DNA of 32,000 nt, from assembly GCA_964510585.1 (NCBI GenBank), contig CAZECW010000121.1, forward strand, positions 30,001-62,000. Reading direction: 5' to 3'. This document shows positions 18,988 through 28,182 of this stretch, in pieces. The first letter of the stretch is position 1; each line of letters begins with the position of its first letter. This stretch comes from an uncultured archaeon (GTDB lineage: Archaea > Asgardarchaeota > Jordiarchaeia > Jordiarchaeales > Jordiarchaeaceae). Under the pieces are notes generated by a model, which was not told the DNA's origin, ran no database searches, and saw nothing but the letters and a program-made list of their open reading frames with translations. The position numbers and the translations under genes are program-made.

Positions 18988-19896
18988 CTATCTACCTTTT
19001 CTGTTTTTAAGGTTCCACAATTCTTCAGCCAACTTTTCTATGTAGTCTATCTTTTCCAGCCTGTTTTTCCACTCTTCTGGAATCTTCTCCACTCCGTGAT
19101 ATGCTCCGCTTATCGCCCCAGTCATGGCTCCTATAGTATCAGTATCTCCACCAAGGCTTATCGCATAAGTAACAGCATCCCTAAAACTATCCACATTTCG
19201 CGAAAAGGAGTAAATGGCTGCCGGCACCGAATTATATGCCTCTACTCCATTTCCAAGCTCCCTAACAACCCTTCTTTTGTTCGTTTCATTCAGCAACTCG
19301 AAACATTTTTCAATTTTCTGCCTGTAAACTTCACTTCTTGTAAAGTCTTTTATTTTGCCTAAGAAGTCGTATGGATCCAGTTTGATGGATGGGTCGGCTT
19401 TAACCGCTAGTGCTACACTATAGGCCTGTATGGCCGCCCCCTCCATTCCCAGCCCGTGAGCATGTGTAATTTGGCTTTGAGCATAGGCTACTGAACGCAG
19501 CTCTTCCTGATCATCGTAATAGAGAAGCCCCACAGGAGCAACCCTCATAGCCGCACCATTCCCATAGGAACCCAATCCATTAAACAACTGCTTTGAAGCC
19601 TCACTCCACGAATAACCCCTCTTTATCATCCTAAAAACACGAGGCGGACCACTCGCATAGCCCCTCCAAGGCTCCTCCTCATAATTCCTGATAAAAGTCT
19701 GAGCCATGTGGCCCCCATCAAAACCCCCACACGAAATTAAAGATTCCGCCACACCAATCATCATGTGAGTATCGTCCGTCCACCTCCCAGAATAGCCACC
19801 AAACTCCAAGTCCGAAACCCAAAAACCCTCAAAACTGCTGCCTAACGCGTCACCCACAGCATTCCCAACTAGACATCCTAAAAACTTCGTCAACAT
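18988..19896 (-). CDS. ADP-ribosylglycohydrolase (DraG/ARH family)
   Basis: GDALG, WTDDT, GNGAAMRVAP, THAH and GGDTDTIGAMTG motifs. Confidence 0.95.
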   Translation of the reverse strand: MLTKFLGCLVGNAVGDALGSSFEGFWVSDLEFGGYSGRWTDDTHMMIGVAESLISCGGFDGGHMAQTFIRNYEEEPWRGYASGPPRVFRMIKRGYSWSEASKQLFNGLGSYGNGAAMRVAPVGLLYYDDQEELRSVAYAQSQITHAHGLGMEGAAIQAYSVALAVKADPSIKLDPYDFLGKIKDFTRSEVYRQKIEKCFELLNETNKRRVVRELGNGVEAYNSVPAAIYSFSRNVDSFRDAVTYAISLGGDTDTIGAMTGAISGAYHGVEKIPEEWKNRLEKIDYIEKLAEELWNLKNRKGR

Positions 19897-20234
19897 AGCA
19901 ATCAAATTAAAACTAAATGCTACAAATTTTTAAAAGTTTAGCCTATCTTAAATATCGATAAGTTCAATTTTAGAAACTGGCAAACCAATCATATTGAAAA
20001 AGGGCATCCAACCAAGACAGATCCAATTGTGGAAAATTACATCAAAATGGAAATGATATTGAGGCCGCAAATCCGAAACGAAATTTTTTGAGAGAAGCAT
20101 TCCCCGAATTCCCGCATGAAAAGGGCTGGGTAGTTGAATAACACTGAGAAAGTGAAGGAAGAGAGCATGGATGAGTGAAGGAAGTAGGAGACTAACAGAA
20201 AACGAAGCCTTAAATTTAGAATGGAGGTTCAATC

Positions 20235-20429
20235 ATGAACTTGGAGGAAGCAGAGAAGGTTGTTAGAATATTGCTTACAGCCGATGGAGGATGTGAGTGC
20301 TGCGTGTCAAGTTTGCTGGAACTATTCTGTGAAAACTTCCCCCAATTCAAGGAACGCGCGCAGAGAGCCTTTAGAAAAAGGTTTAACATGGAACTTGAGG
20401 ACTTTATAAGGGAAAAAGAGCTTTGCTAA
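20235..20429 (+). CDS. Small hypothetical protein (64 aa) with an ADGGCxxC motif
   Basis: GGAGG RBS before the ATG; a decayed second copy at 21209-21424 supports that it is real. Confidence 0.72.
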   Translation: MNLEEAEKVVRILLTADGGCECCVSSLLELFCENFPQFKERAQRAFRKRFNMELEDFIREKELC

Positions 20430-20497
20430 TTTTCATCAAAACAGCTAAGATTAAAATCACGGTAAGAAATATAATCTGTGGAGGTGTCGTAATACCT

Positions 20498-20731
20498 ATG
20501 ACTGAGTTGAAAATTAAAATTCCCGAGGAACTAAAGAGGGAGATGGAGAAATTTGGAGTCGACTGGTCACCAGCAATAAGGAGAATGATCAAAAGGGAAA
20601 TTCAAAACTTGACCGAGATCGAGAGAATAATCTCTAAAAGCAAAATGACCGAGGAGGAGGCCTTAGAACTAGGCGGAAAAGTGAGCAAATCGGTTGCAGA
20701 GAGGTTTAGAAAGCATGCTACTGGTGACTGA
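20498..20731 (+). CDS. Ribbon-helix-helix-type antitoxin (VapB-like)
   Basis: MTELKIKIPEELKREM...VDWS..IR; GGAGGTG RBS; overlaps the PIN gene. Confidence 0.82.
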   Translation: MTELKIKIPEELKREMEKFGVDWSPAIRRMIKREIQNLTEIERIISKSKMTEEEALELGGKVSKSVAERFRKHATGD

Positions 20732-21134
20732 TGCCAATGTGGTATTTGCTGCTCTCATAACTGGGGGAGGGACGTTTAGAGTTTTTGTGACAAACAGGCT
20801 ATTGAGGAATTTCCGTTTCATAGCTCCAGAGTATCTGTTCATCGAAATTCATGAGTACTCTGATGAAATAATGGAAAAGGCAAAACTCCGTCAAGAAGAA
20901 TTAGAAGTTGTTTTGAACTTTCTGGAGGAACAAATAGAGATAATTCCGTTTGAAGAGTTTGCAGAAAAGTACAATGAGGCAAAAAACATTTCACCAGACC
21001 CCGACGATGTACCTTACTTCGCGCTTGCACTAAAGTTAAACTGTCCAATTTGGTCGAACGATAGGAAACTAAAAGAACAGAATGCTGTTAGAGTTTACAC
21101 GACGCAGGAAATCATACGAGCGCTTGGAATTTGA
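20715..21134 (+). CDS. vapC: PIN-domain toxin (VapC-like)
   Basis: LVTDANVVFAAL, APEY..IE, DPDDVPYFALAL..NCPIWSND. Confidence 0.9.
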   Translation: MLLVTDANVVFAALITGGGTFRVFVTNRLLRNFRFIAPEYLFIEIHEYSDEIMEKAKLRQEELEVVLNFLEEQIEIIPFEEFAEKYNEAKNISPDPDDVPYFALALKLNCPIWSNDRKLKEQNAVRVYTTQEIIRALGI

Positions 21135-21208
21135 GATTTTTGCTCTCTCGTAACCGGAGAGAGGTGGACTTATTTAATGCTTGCATGTCCGCAAAGAAGT
21201 TTTTAAGG

Positions 21209-21424
21209 AATTTAGAGTAGAGGTTCCGTTACGAACCGGGAGGAAGTAGAGAAGGTTGTTAGAATATTGCTTACAGCCGATGGGAGTTGCGAGTACTGCT
21301 TGTCAAGTTCGCTGGAACTATTCTGTGAAAACCTGCCCAATTATAAAAACTCGCAAAACAAGCTTTTAGAAAAAGGTTTAACGTGGAACTTGAAGAGTTT
21401 ATAAAAAGGAAAAAGATGCTTAAT
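21209..21424 (+). pseudogene. Decayed copy of the 64-aa gene and its RBS
   Basis: Collinear with 20213-20429. The start ATG has become ACG (21231); it reads EKVVRILLTADGSCEYCLSS.LELFCEN and then frameshifts. Confidence 0.88.
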
Positions 21425-21440
21425 GGAAGGAGATAGAAAC

Positions 21441-21773
21441 ATGGAAGATTTGAAGGTTCTATGGAGGGAGACTAAGGAATTTGTTGAGGAACAGGAGAGA
21501 CGAATAGCCGAAAAATATATCCATTTCCTCCGAAGAGTAGCAGAAGCCTACATTAGAAGCGGAAAACGAGTATTTTTCAGGGAGAACACAGTTGTCCACT
21601 ACGGAGAAGGAGGATTCGGATGGATGATCATTGAAGCTCAGGAAGACCCATACCAAGTTTTCGGCGGCTATGTTCAAGAAATCCACTTTGAAACCAAAAT
21701 AAGCGAGAGAGAAAAAAGAAACTATAAAGAGATAACAGAGCAAAATATCCAAGAGATAAAATACGAAATTTAG
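21441..21773 (+). CDS. Hypothetical protein (~110 aa)
   Basis: GGAG RBS before ATG 21441; soluble protein-like composition with HYGEGGFGW. Confidence 0.7.
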   Translation: MEDLKVLWRETKEFVEEQERRIAEKYIHFLRRVAEAYIRSGKRVFFRENTVVHYGEGGFGWMIIEAQEDPYQVFGGYVQEIHFETKISEREKRNYKEITEQNIQEIKYEI

Positions 21774-22049
21774 AATCACAAGAAGTTCTTCCCTATATCT
21801 TAAAAGTAGGAGTTTTTTTGAATAGAATTACGTTGAGAGACCGCTGAATCTTTGAGCTCTTATTTTGCTTTTAAAATTCGGATAACCGTTAGAAATAATA
21901 TTAGCGAAATTTAAACATTGCTAAAATTAATAGTGCTCCTATGGAAAAATTATTATAAATACCCTATCATCCAGTTTTCGCCATCAGAACGGGAGTCTAA
22001 ATCTAGGAAATATTCATAACCCAAATAGAGTTAGATAATCAGTAAAGAG

Positions 22050-22093
22050 AGGTATCTCGTATTAATACCTGTGAATACGAGAATTCCTATAAA
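22050..22093 (+). promoter_or_regulatory. Putative operator and TATA box of the HEPN-MNT operon
   Basis: Inverted repeat TCTCGTATT (22055-63) / AATACGAGA (22074-82) directly upstream of TATAAA (22088-93), which starts 24 bp before the ATG. Confidence 0.5.
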
Positions 22094-22111
22094 CGGGATT
22101 GGTGCCCATTA

Positions 22112-22516
22112 ATGAGAGGCGAAGCAAGAAGATGGTTGGAGGAGGCGGAGTGGGACTTCGAAACCGCTGAATATCTTCACAGGAGCGGAAGATTCAACGC
22201 TGCTTGCTTCTATGCTCAGCAATCCGCGGAGAAAGCGGTAAAAGCATTACTATACTCCATAAATGAGTCACCCTGGGGGCACTCTGTAAGAGAATTGATC
22301 ACCCGATTCGCAGGTGCCGCGAAAAACAATGTTGAACATCTTCTCTCCTACGCGAGGGAACTCGATCGACACTACTTCCCGTCACGCTACCCAAATGCGC
22401 ATCCCTCTGGAACTCCCCACGAAGCTTATGATGAGGCCACCTCCAAAAGAGCACTAAGCTACGCAAAAGAGATTTTATCCTTCGCCAAAGACAGGATTGA
22501 GAGGAAGGAGCCTTGA
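22112..22516 (+). CDS. HEPN-domain protein
   Basis: ACFYAQQSAEKAVKALL, WGHSV and YFPSRYP motifs. Confidence 0.92.
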   Translation: MRGEARRWLEEAEWDFETAEYLHRSGRFNAACFYAQQSAEKAVKALLYSINESPWGHSVRELITRFAGAAKNNVEHLLSYARELDRHYFPSRYPNAHPSGTPHEAYDEATSKRALSYAKEILSFAKDRIERKEP

Positions 22517-22932
22517 AAGCCGATGTTCCAGAAGCTGTAAAAAACTACGTAGACAAAATTGCTAGGAAATTCGAAGCGCGGTGCATCATTCTGTGGGGTT
22601 CAAGAGCAAGAGGTGACCACACACCCAGCAGCGACTATGATATAATAGTTATCGCAGATTTTAAGGAGAAATTCCTCGATAGGCTCACAACTTTGATGGA
22701 GCTTGCCCCACTCCAGCCCAACATAGAAGTACTCGGCTACACACCTGAGGAGTTTGAAACCATGTTTCAACGCGGCAACGTAACCGCCCTAGACGCAATC
22801 CATGAGGGAATCCCCCTGCACGGCGAAGAATACTTCAAACAATACGCGAAACGTTTAAGGGAGCTTTTTGAGAGAGGACTTGAAAGAACAACCTGTACAT
22901 GGAAACTGCCCGAACCTCAACGAACCCATTAA
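22513..22932 (+). CDS. Minimal nucleotidyltransferase (MNT)
   Basis: LWGSRARGDHTPSSDYDIIV, GYTPEEF; 4-bp TTGA overlap with the HEPN gene. Confidence 0.92.
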   Translation: MKADVPEAVKNYVDKIARKFEARCIILWGSRARGDHTPSSDYDIIVIADFKEKFLDRLTTLMELAPLQPNIEVLGYTPEEFETMFQRGNVTALDAIHEGIPLHGEEYFKQYAKRLRELFERGLERTTCTWKLPEPQRTH

Positions 22933-23180
22933 ACCCACAGTAAGCCATCCGCTCCCAACACAGTTGGTTTTAGTGTTTGGGCAATTGAATGAGTTGACAG
23001 CCCCCCTTGGATTTGTACAAAAGCATTTTCTAGTTCTTGGCTTCTTCTCCTTCGCTTAAGCTCAGACCTCTGAGTTAAACGCATTGCCCTTTTTAGTGGA
23101 GAAGAATTTACGTTTCTTGTACATTCAATCCACAACTCTGGAAATTCAAATTCGCTTCCATCCTCAAAAGTTATCTTCAT
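22929..23180 (-). CDS. Possible small hypothetical protein or frameshifted remnant
   Basis: ATG preceded by GGAGAAGGT; the N-terminus MKITFEDGSEFEFPELWIEC looks genuine, the C-terminus is doubtful. Confidence 0.35.
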   Translation of the reverse strand: MKITFEDGSEFEFPELWIECTRNVNSSPLKRAMRLTQRSELKRRRRSQELENAFVQIQGGLSTHSIAQTLKPTVLGADGLLWV

Positions 23181-23505
23181 TCCTTACCTTCTCCTTTATC
23201 CTTTAAAGCGCTTCAAACATTTTCCGATTCGATACTCTCTTTGATGAATCCTACTAGATTGAGACCAAAACTAACGCAAATTGACGCAATTATTTCTGAA
23301 TGACGCTTTGTCCGGTTTCTTTTGGCAAGAGAACTCCACGAATACTTCTTTGCTACTCTCATTTTTATCTCGCATTTAAGCTATATAAACCACCCTTCTA
23401 TCTGAAAAAACGCGTATGCATTTTTTGTGGTAGGTGCATCCTTTCCGGTCATATGCGTCATTTTTAAATAAAGCCACACTAATATGTTATCAAAAGGGAA
23501 ACAAA

Positions 23506-23916
23506 ATGTCACTGGACGATAGGGCTAAACTACTCGAAACCATCTCGCAGAATTCCCTCGGCATAAGAGAGCTGATAAAGAAATTGAGGTGGAACCCTTC
23601 ACGAGTAACCCAACTACTGAACAGAATGAGTGAAGAGGGACTCCTAGAGTTAAAACCAGTTAAAAATGAGACGCGGGGCAGACCCAAAAAAACAGTGGTT
23701 TTAACAATTTTAGGCCTTGATTTTCTGGAAACCCACAGAGAGTTAAGAGCGAAACCACTCAGGGCAAGAAAAGAAGACTTTGAACATGCAGTTAAGGACG
23801 CCCTATACGCTGAAAGACTAGCTGCAAAGGGCCAATCACTTTTTAGACTGTTTCTGGAGCTGAACCAAATTGTCCACAATATTAGGAGTTCTTCGGAAGC
23901 TTCTCAGCCTACTTGA
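23506..23916 (+). CDS. Winged-helix DNA-binding protein, putative antitoxin or regulator
   Basis: LGIRELIKKLRWNPSRVTQLLNRMSEEGLLE...RGRPKK...LT..G wHTH pattern. Confidence 0.78.
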   Translation: MSLDDRAKLLETISQNSLGIRELIKKLRWNPSRVTQLLNRMSEEGLLELKPVKNETRGRPKKTVVLTILGLDFLETHRELRAKPLRARKEDFEHAVKDALYAERLAAKGQSLFRLFLELNQIVHNIRSSSEASQPT

Positions 23917-24412
23917 AGAAAAAAACCTTCCATACATGATAATTGGAGGCTACGCCCTTCCCTTCTATGGAAGAGTCAGAGCCACACTCGATATTGATGT
24001 AGCCGTTATGGTAGAGATGGAAGAAGAGTTGGAGAAGCTTCGTGAGTATTTACTCTCAAAAAACTTCAAAGTTGAACTTTACTCCCCAAGGAACCCCTGC
24101 TTTGTAGCGGTTGACCGTGAAAGTGGCGTTGAAGTGGAAGTTTGGCTGAGACCCGACGGAATAGTTTTCGACCAAGAAACTCTAAAAAGGAGAAAAAGAG
24201 TCAAACTGGACAAAGACCTAGAAGCATGGATTGTTTCCCCAGAAGACTTCATAGTAAACAAACTTGCCAGCCCAGACAGAGGAGCGGTCGACGAACAAGA
24301 CGTAAAAAGCGTACTAACCAGACAAAAAAACAGTTTAGATGAAAGCTACCTCAAAAAAAGAGCGAAAAACGCCGGAGTACTAAAGGTCCTGGAAACCATC
24401 CAAAAAATTTGA
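23870..24412 (+). CDS. Nucleotidyltransferase of AbiEii/DUF6036-like type
   Basis: YMIIGGYAL..YG..RAT.DID and SPEDFIVNKL...R..D..D motifs; overlaps the wHTH gene by 47 bp. Confidence 0.8.
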   Translation: MSTILGVLRKLLSLLEEKNLPYMIIGGYALPFYGRVRATLDIDVAVMVEMEEELEKLREYLLSKNFKVELYSPRNPCFVAVDRESGVEVEVWLRPDGIVFDQETLKRRKRVKLDKDLEAWIVSPEDFIVNKLASPDRGAVDEQDVKSVLTRQKNSLDESYLKKRAKNAGVLKVLETIQKI

Positions 24413-24577
24413 AGCACCATCTTTGGTTCCCGTCCGTCAAAAACCTTCTTTGCCTTGGGATGATGCGGTACACTAAACCATTCAGTTTTCCTCAAAGGGG
24501 AATTAGTTATTCTTTTTCTTCTATGCTTGTTTCTCTTCAAATTTTTCCTTTAGATGGTGTTTCTTGGTTTTTCTACG

Positions 24578-27322
24578 CTACGCCATAGTGTACCTTTTAT
24601 AGAACCATTTTTTAATAGCTTCAACCAGCAATAGGTAGGCGCCTATTAAACCCACTAAGACTATGTAGAATAAGAGGGGTGGGGGTTCGAATCCGAATAG
24701 TTCGCCTAGTGGTGTGAATGGTATTATCAGTGCGAGGGCAACAACGGCTAATGTGCTTATGAGCAGAGGCTTGCTTGGCTTGCTTTTATAGGAGGGTGTT
24801 TTGCTGGTTCTAATTATGAATATAACCAGGGCCTGAGTACATAGAGACTCTATGAACCATCCAGTTTGAAAAAGTGATTCAGACGCGGCAAAGACGGATA
24901 ACATTATGAAGAAGGTTAGGAAATCAAAAATGGAGCTTATGGGTCCAATGAGTAGCATGAATCTTCTTATGAAGGAAATGTTCCATCTCTTGGGTTTTTC
25001 GGTATATTCTGGATCAACATTGTCAGTAGGTATGGTTGACTCGGACAAATCGTAGAGGAGGTTGTTTAGGAGTATTTGTACTGGCGCCATGGGTAGGAAG
25101 GGCAGGAATAGAGATGCGCCTGCGGCGCTGAACATGTTACCAAAATTGGAACTCGTGCCCATAAGAATATACTTCAGTGTGTTGCCAAAGGTTTTTCGCC
25201 CCTCTAAAACTCCCTCAACCAACACCGTTAAATCATTACGTAGAAGTATTATGTCCGCAGACTCCTTTGCAATGTCTACTGCGTTGTCAACCGAAATGCC
25301 GACATCCGCGGTCCTTAAAGAAGGAGCATCATTAATACCGTCACCAAGAAAGCCTACAACATGCCCATTACTTTTTAAGGCATTCATTATCCTATCCTTC
25401 TGTTGGGGAGTCACCCTCGCGAAAACATTTGCTTCCTCCACAACCACCCCGAGAGCATCGTCAGGCATTCCCACAATTTCGCTTCCAAGAACAATTCCCT
25501 TAATTTTGAAACCCAACTGCTCACACAACTTTCTTGTCACTATTTCATTGTCGCCCGTGAGAATTTTTAGTTCTACACCAGCCTTGCTCAACAGTTGCAA
25601 AGATTCTTTAGCAGTTTCTTTGGGCGGATCTAAAAACACCAAATAGCCCAAAAACACTAATTCGCTCTCATCGTTGACGGAGTATACCTTCTTTTCCTCT
25701 CTAACCCACTTATAGGAGATTCCCAAAACCCTGTATCCTTCACTGCTAAACTCGATATGTTTCTGCTCAACCTTTTTTCTCAAATCTTGTGTCATATCAA
25801 TTATCCTACCTTCAAACTCACAGTAGGAACACACTTTAACTATCTCCTCAAGAGCCCCCTTCGTAATAAAAAGCCGTTCGCCCCTCACATCATCAACAAC
25901 AACTGAAACCCGCTTCCTCGTAAAATCAAATGGAATCTCATCCACCTTCCGGTAACCCCTAGCATTAACATCCACATTCTCATGTCTAAGTATTGCCTCA
26001 TCAAGAGGACTCCTCAAACCAGTCTGATAATAACTATTCAAAAAGGAATACAACAAAACTTTTTCATACTCGTTCCCCTCAAAATCCACGTGGAAAACAA
26101 GCGTTACCTTATTCTCCGTAAGCGTTCCCGTCTTATCAGTACATAAAACATCCATGCTTCCAAAATTCTGAATCGCTGCCAAACGCTTAACTATAACTCC
26201 CCTCTTAGACATTGCCAGAGCCGACTTTGAAAGGTTTACAGAGAGAATCATAGGCAAAAGTTCAGGAGTCAAACCAACTGCCAAAGCCACAGCAAAAAGA
26301 AGAGACTCAAGAACTTGAGCACTAATAGCAGTATTTAAAGAAAAAATCGTTGGCAAAAGCTGAGGCAGCAAACCAGCCCCCTCAGGAGTCAAACCAACTG
26401 CCAAAGCCACAGCAAAAAGAAGAGACTGCTCTGCTTGCAGGGTTTGCCCCTTGAGTAAAACATTCATAAAAAAGACAAACAGCACAAGGAAAAAAGTGAC
26501 CTGCATTATTAGAAAACCAAATCTTCTAAGCCCCCTCTCATACTCCGTTTCCGGATGCCTCTCAACAAGCCTCTTAGCAATTTTCCCATATTCTGTATGG
26601 CTTCCAGTCCTCACCACAACAACAGTTGCCGAACCGCTCACAACAGAAGTGCCCAGAAAAACATTGTTACCCATCTCAGTAAAATTTCCACGTTTCCCCT
26701 TAGGCTCCAAGGCCGTTTTTTCCACCGGAAAAGACTCCCCCGTTAACGCTGACTGATTAACAAAAAAATCCTTGGCCTCAATCACCCTGGCATCCGCCGG
26801 AACAATATCCCCCGCCGAAAGAAATACAATATCCCCCGGAACAATCTCGGAAAGCCTTACCTCCCTCCTGACACCATCCCTAAGCACCATCGCAGTAGTA
26901 GCCACCCTCTCCTTAAGCATCTCAGCAGCCTTCTCAGCTTTAGACTCCTGATAAAAGTCAAGAACCACACTAAACATCACAATCGAAAATATAATACCCG
27001 CATTCACTACCTCCCCCAGAAAAACCGAAATCAAACCCGCAAACAACAAAATAATTAACAAAGGATTCCTAAAGTGAGAAGCAAACTCAACAACAGCCGC
27101 CCGCCTCTTCCTCCTAGCAACCTCATTATAACCATAAATTTCAAGACGCCTCCCCGCCTCCTCAGATGAGAGACCCGACCGAGAAGTACCCAAACGAGCA
27201 AGAAAATCATCAATCGGAAGATCCAAAAGCTCCTCTGTCTCCACCACTAACTGCGCCTGGCTTGAAACCCCCTTCTTGCTCTTCTCCCTCGAAACGCTTA
27301 AACGCCTCATCGCTCTCACCAC
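24578..27322 (-). CDS. mgtA: Mg2+-transporting P-type ATPase (MgtA/MgtB-like)
   Basis: TGES, GLTPELLPMI, DKTGTLT phosphorylation site, TGD, GDGINDAP, NFGNMFS. The start may be a few codons downstream. Confidence 0.9.
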   Translation of the reverse strand: MVRAMRRLSVSREKSKKGVSSQAQLVVETEELLDLPIDDFLARLGTSRSGLSSEEAGRRLEIYGYNEVARRKRRAAVVEFASHFRNPLLIILLFAGLISVFLGEVVNAGIIFSIVMFSVVLDFYQESKAEKAAEMLKERVATTAMVLRDGVRREVRLSEIVPGDIVFLSAGDIVPADARVIEAKDFFVNQSALTGESFPVEKTALEPKGKRGNFTEMGNNVFLGTSVVSGSATVVVVRTGSHTEYGKIAKRLVERHPETEYERGLRRFGFLIMQVTFFLVLFVFFMNVLLKGQTLQAEQSLLFAVALAVGLTPEGAGLLPQLLPTIFSLNTAISAQVLESLLFAVALAVGLTPELLPMILSVNLSKSALAMSKRGVIVKRLAAIQNFGSMDVLCTDKTGTLTENKVTLVFHVDFEGNEYEKVLLYSFLNSYYQTGLRSPLDEAILRHENVDVNARGYRKVDEIPFDFTRKRVSVVVDDVRGERLFITKGALEEIVKVCSYCEFEGRIIDMTQDLRKKVEQKHIEFSSEGYRVLGISYKWVREEKKVYSVNDESELVFLGYLVFLDPPKETAKESLQLLSKAGVELKILTGDNEIVTRKLCEQLGFKIKGIVLGSEIVGMPDDALGVVVEEANVFARVTPQQKDRIMNALKSNGHVVGFLGDGINDAPSLRTADVGISVDNAVDIAKESADIILLRNDLTVLVEGVLEGRKTFGNTLKYILMGTSSNFGNMFSAAGASLFLPFLPMAPVQILLNNLLYDLSESTIPTDNVDPEYTEKPKRWNISFIRRFMLLIGPISSIFDFLTFFIMLSVFAASESLFQTGWFIESLCTQALVIFIIRTSKTPSYKSKPSKPLLISTLAVVALALIIPFTPLGELFGFEPPPLLFYIVLVGLIGAYLLLVEAIKKWFYKRYTMA
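26262..26427. repeat. 46-bp perfect direct repeat with a 120-bp period inside mgtA
   Basis: TCAGGAGTCAAACCAACTGCCAAAGCCACAGCAAAAAGAAGAGACT at 26262-26307 and 26382-26427. Confidence 0.95.
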
Positions 27323-27418
27323 CCATTCATAAACAACTCACTTAGCTTGAATCGTATTCCTCTAACATAGAGAAAAGGCACTTGCTTATAAGACTTGTTA
27401 AAAAATTGTTGTTTCAGG

Positions 27419-27900
27419 TGCTGTGTTGCACAATTTTTATTTTTTCAATTTTTTTTATCTAATGATGAATTTTTTATAATCGCCCTTAAATAAGAATTTT
27501 GTGGCTGGCTGACCCTTTTTTAGGTTTGGTTCCAGGGCTTTGGAAGCATCCCAGTACACCGCCCACAAAAACCAAAAAATAACCATAGCCAGAACATCCT
27601 TCAGGGCCTCCAAAGGATTCCTTCGCCTCAAACTTCTACACACCCTAAATGCTACAATGTAGAACCTCAGGTTATCCTTACACACACCTTCCGTGGCAAG
27701 CAAACCACACCCGGATTATAAGAGCCTCGGCTCTCACACACATTCACGTGAGCCTCACCCCTGACATACTCGCCCGCCGAGTGGTTAACCCCCACATGCC
27801 GGTATCCTAACTCATCCAGGAAAGAGTAGGAGGTAAAGGCATCCGTGTAAACCGTGGAATCCTTAGAACGTGTATAAAAATGTTCAAAAAAAGGGGCGCT
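27419..27900 (-). mobile_element. IS1595-family transposase relic (frameshifted, 5'-truncated) with one terminal repeat
   Basis: Minus strand reads STVYTDAFTSY..LDELGYRHVGVNHSAGEYVRGEAHVNVCES, then shifts to GVCKDNLRFYIVAF (IS1595 DDE motifs). The end TGCTGTGTTGCACAATTTT (27419-37) matches the MITE TIRs. Confidence 0.85.
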
Positions 27901-28182
27901 CTGGAGGCACACCAGTAGGAAGCTACAACCAAAAACTAGCATCTGGAGTACTGTTTGAATATATGGTTTCAAAAACTTTTACAAACACTATACCCGGCTA
28001 GTACTTTTGCGTCGTCGCTCGGACTGGAGTGTTTAGCAACATTTCCATTTTAGGCTTTTTACAGCCACCTACGCGTAGAGGGTTTTAACACATTCTTACT
28101 AAATGTTATCCTTGGTCGTGTGGCTTCTGGATTGAAGAGAAAGGGGGTTTTGAAGTTTTACCTCGTGTCTTGAAGGGTGGAG

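Noticed and set aside
24403-24559. Two inverted matches (AAAAATTTGAAG/CTTCAAATTTTT and CACCATCT/AGATGGTG) between convergent genes
   Set aside because: The pairs cross rather than nest, are low complexity and have no TSD, so neither a MITE nor a terminator can be supported.
24684-24694. tRNA T-loop-like GGTTCGAATCC
   Set aside because: No acceptor, D or anticodon arms; it is the antisense of mgtA codons for GFEP.
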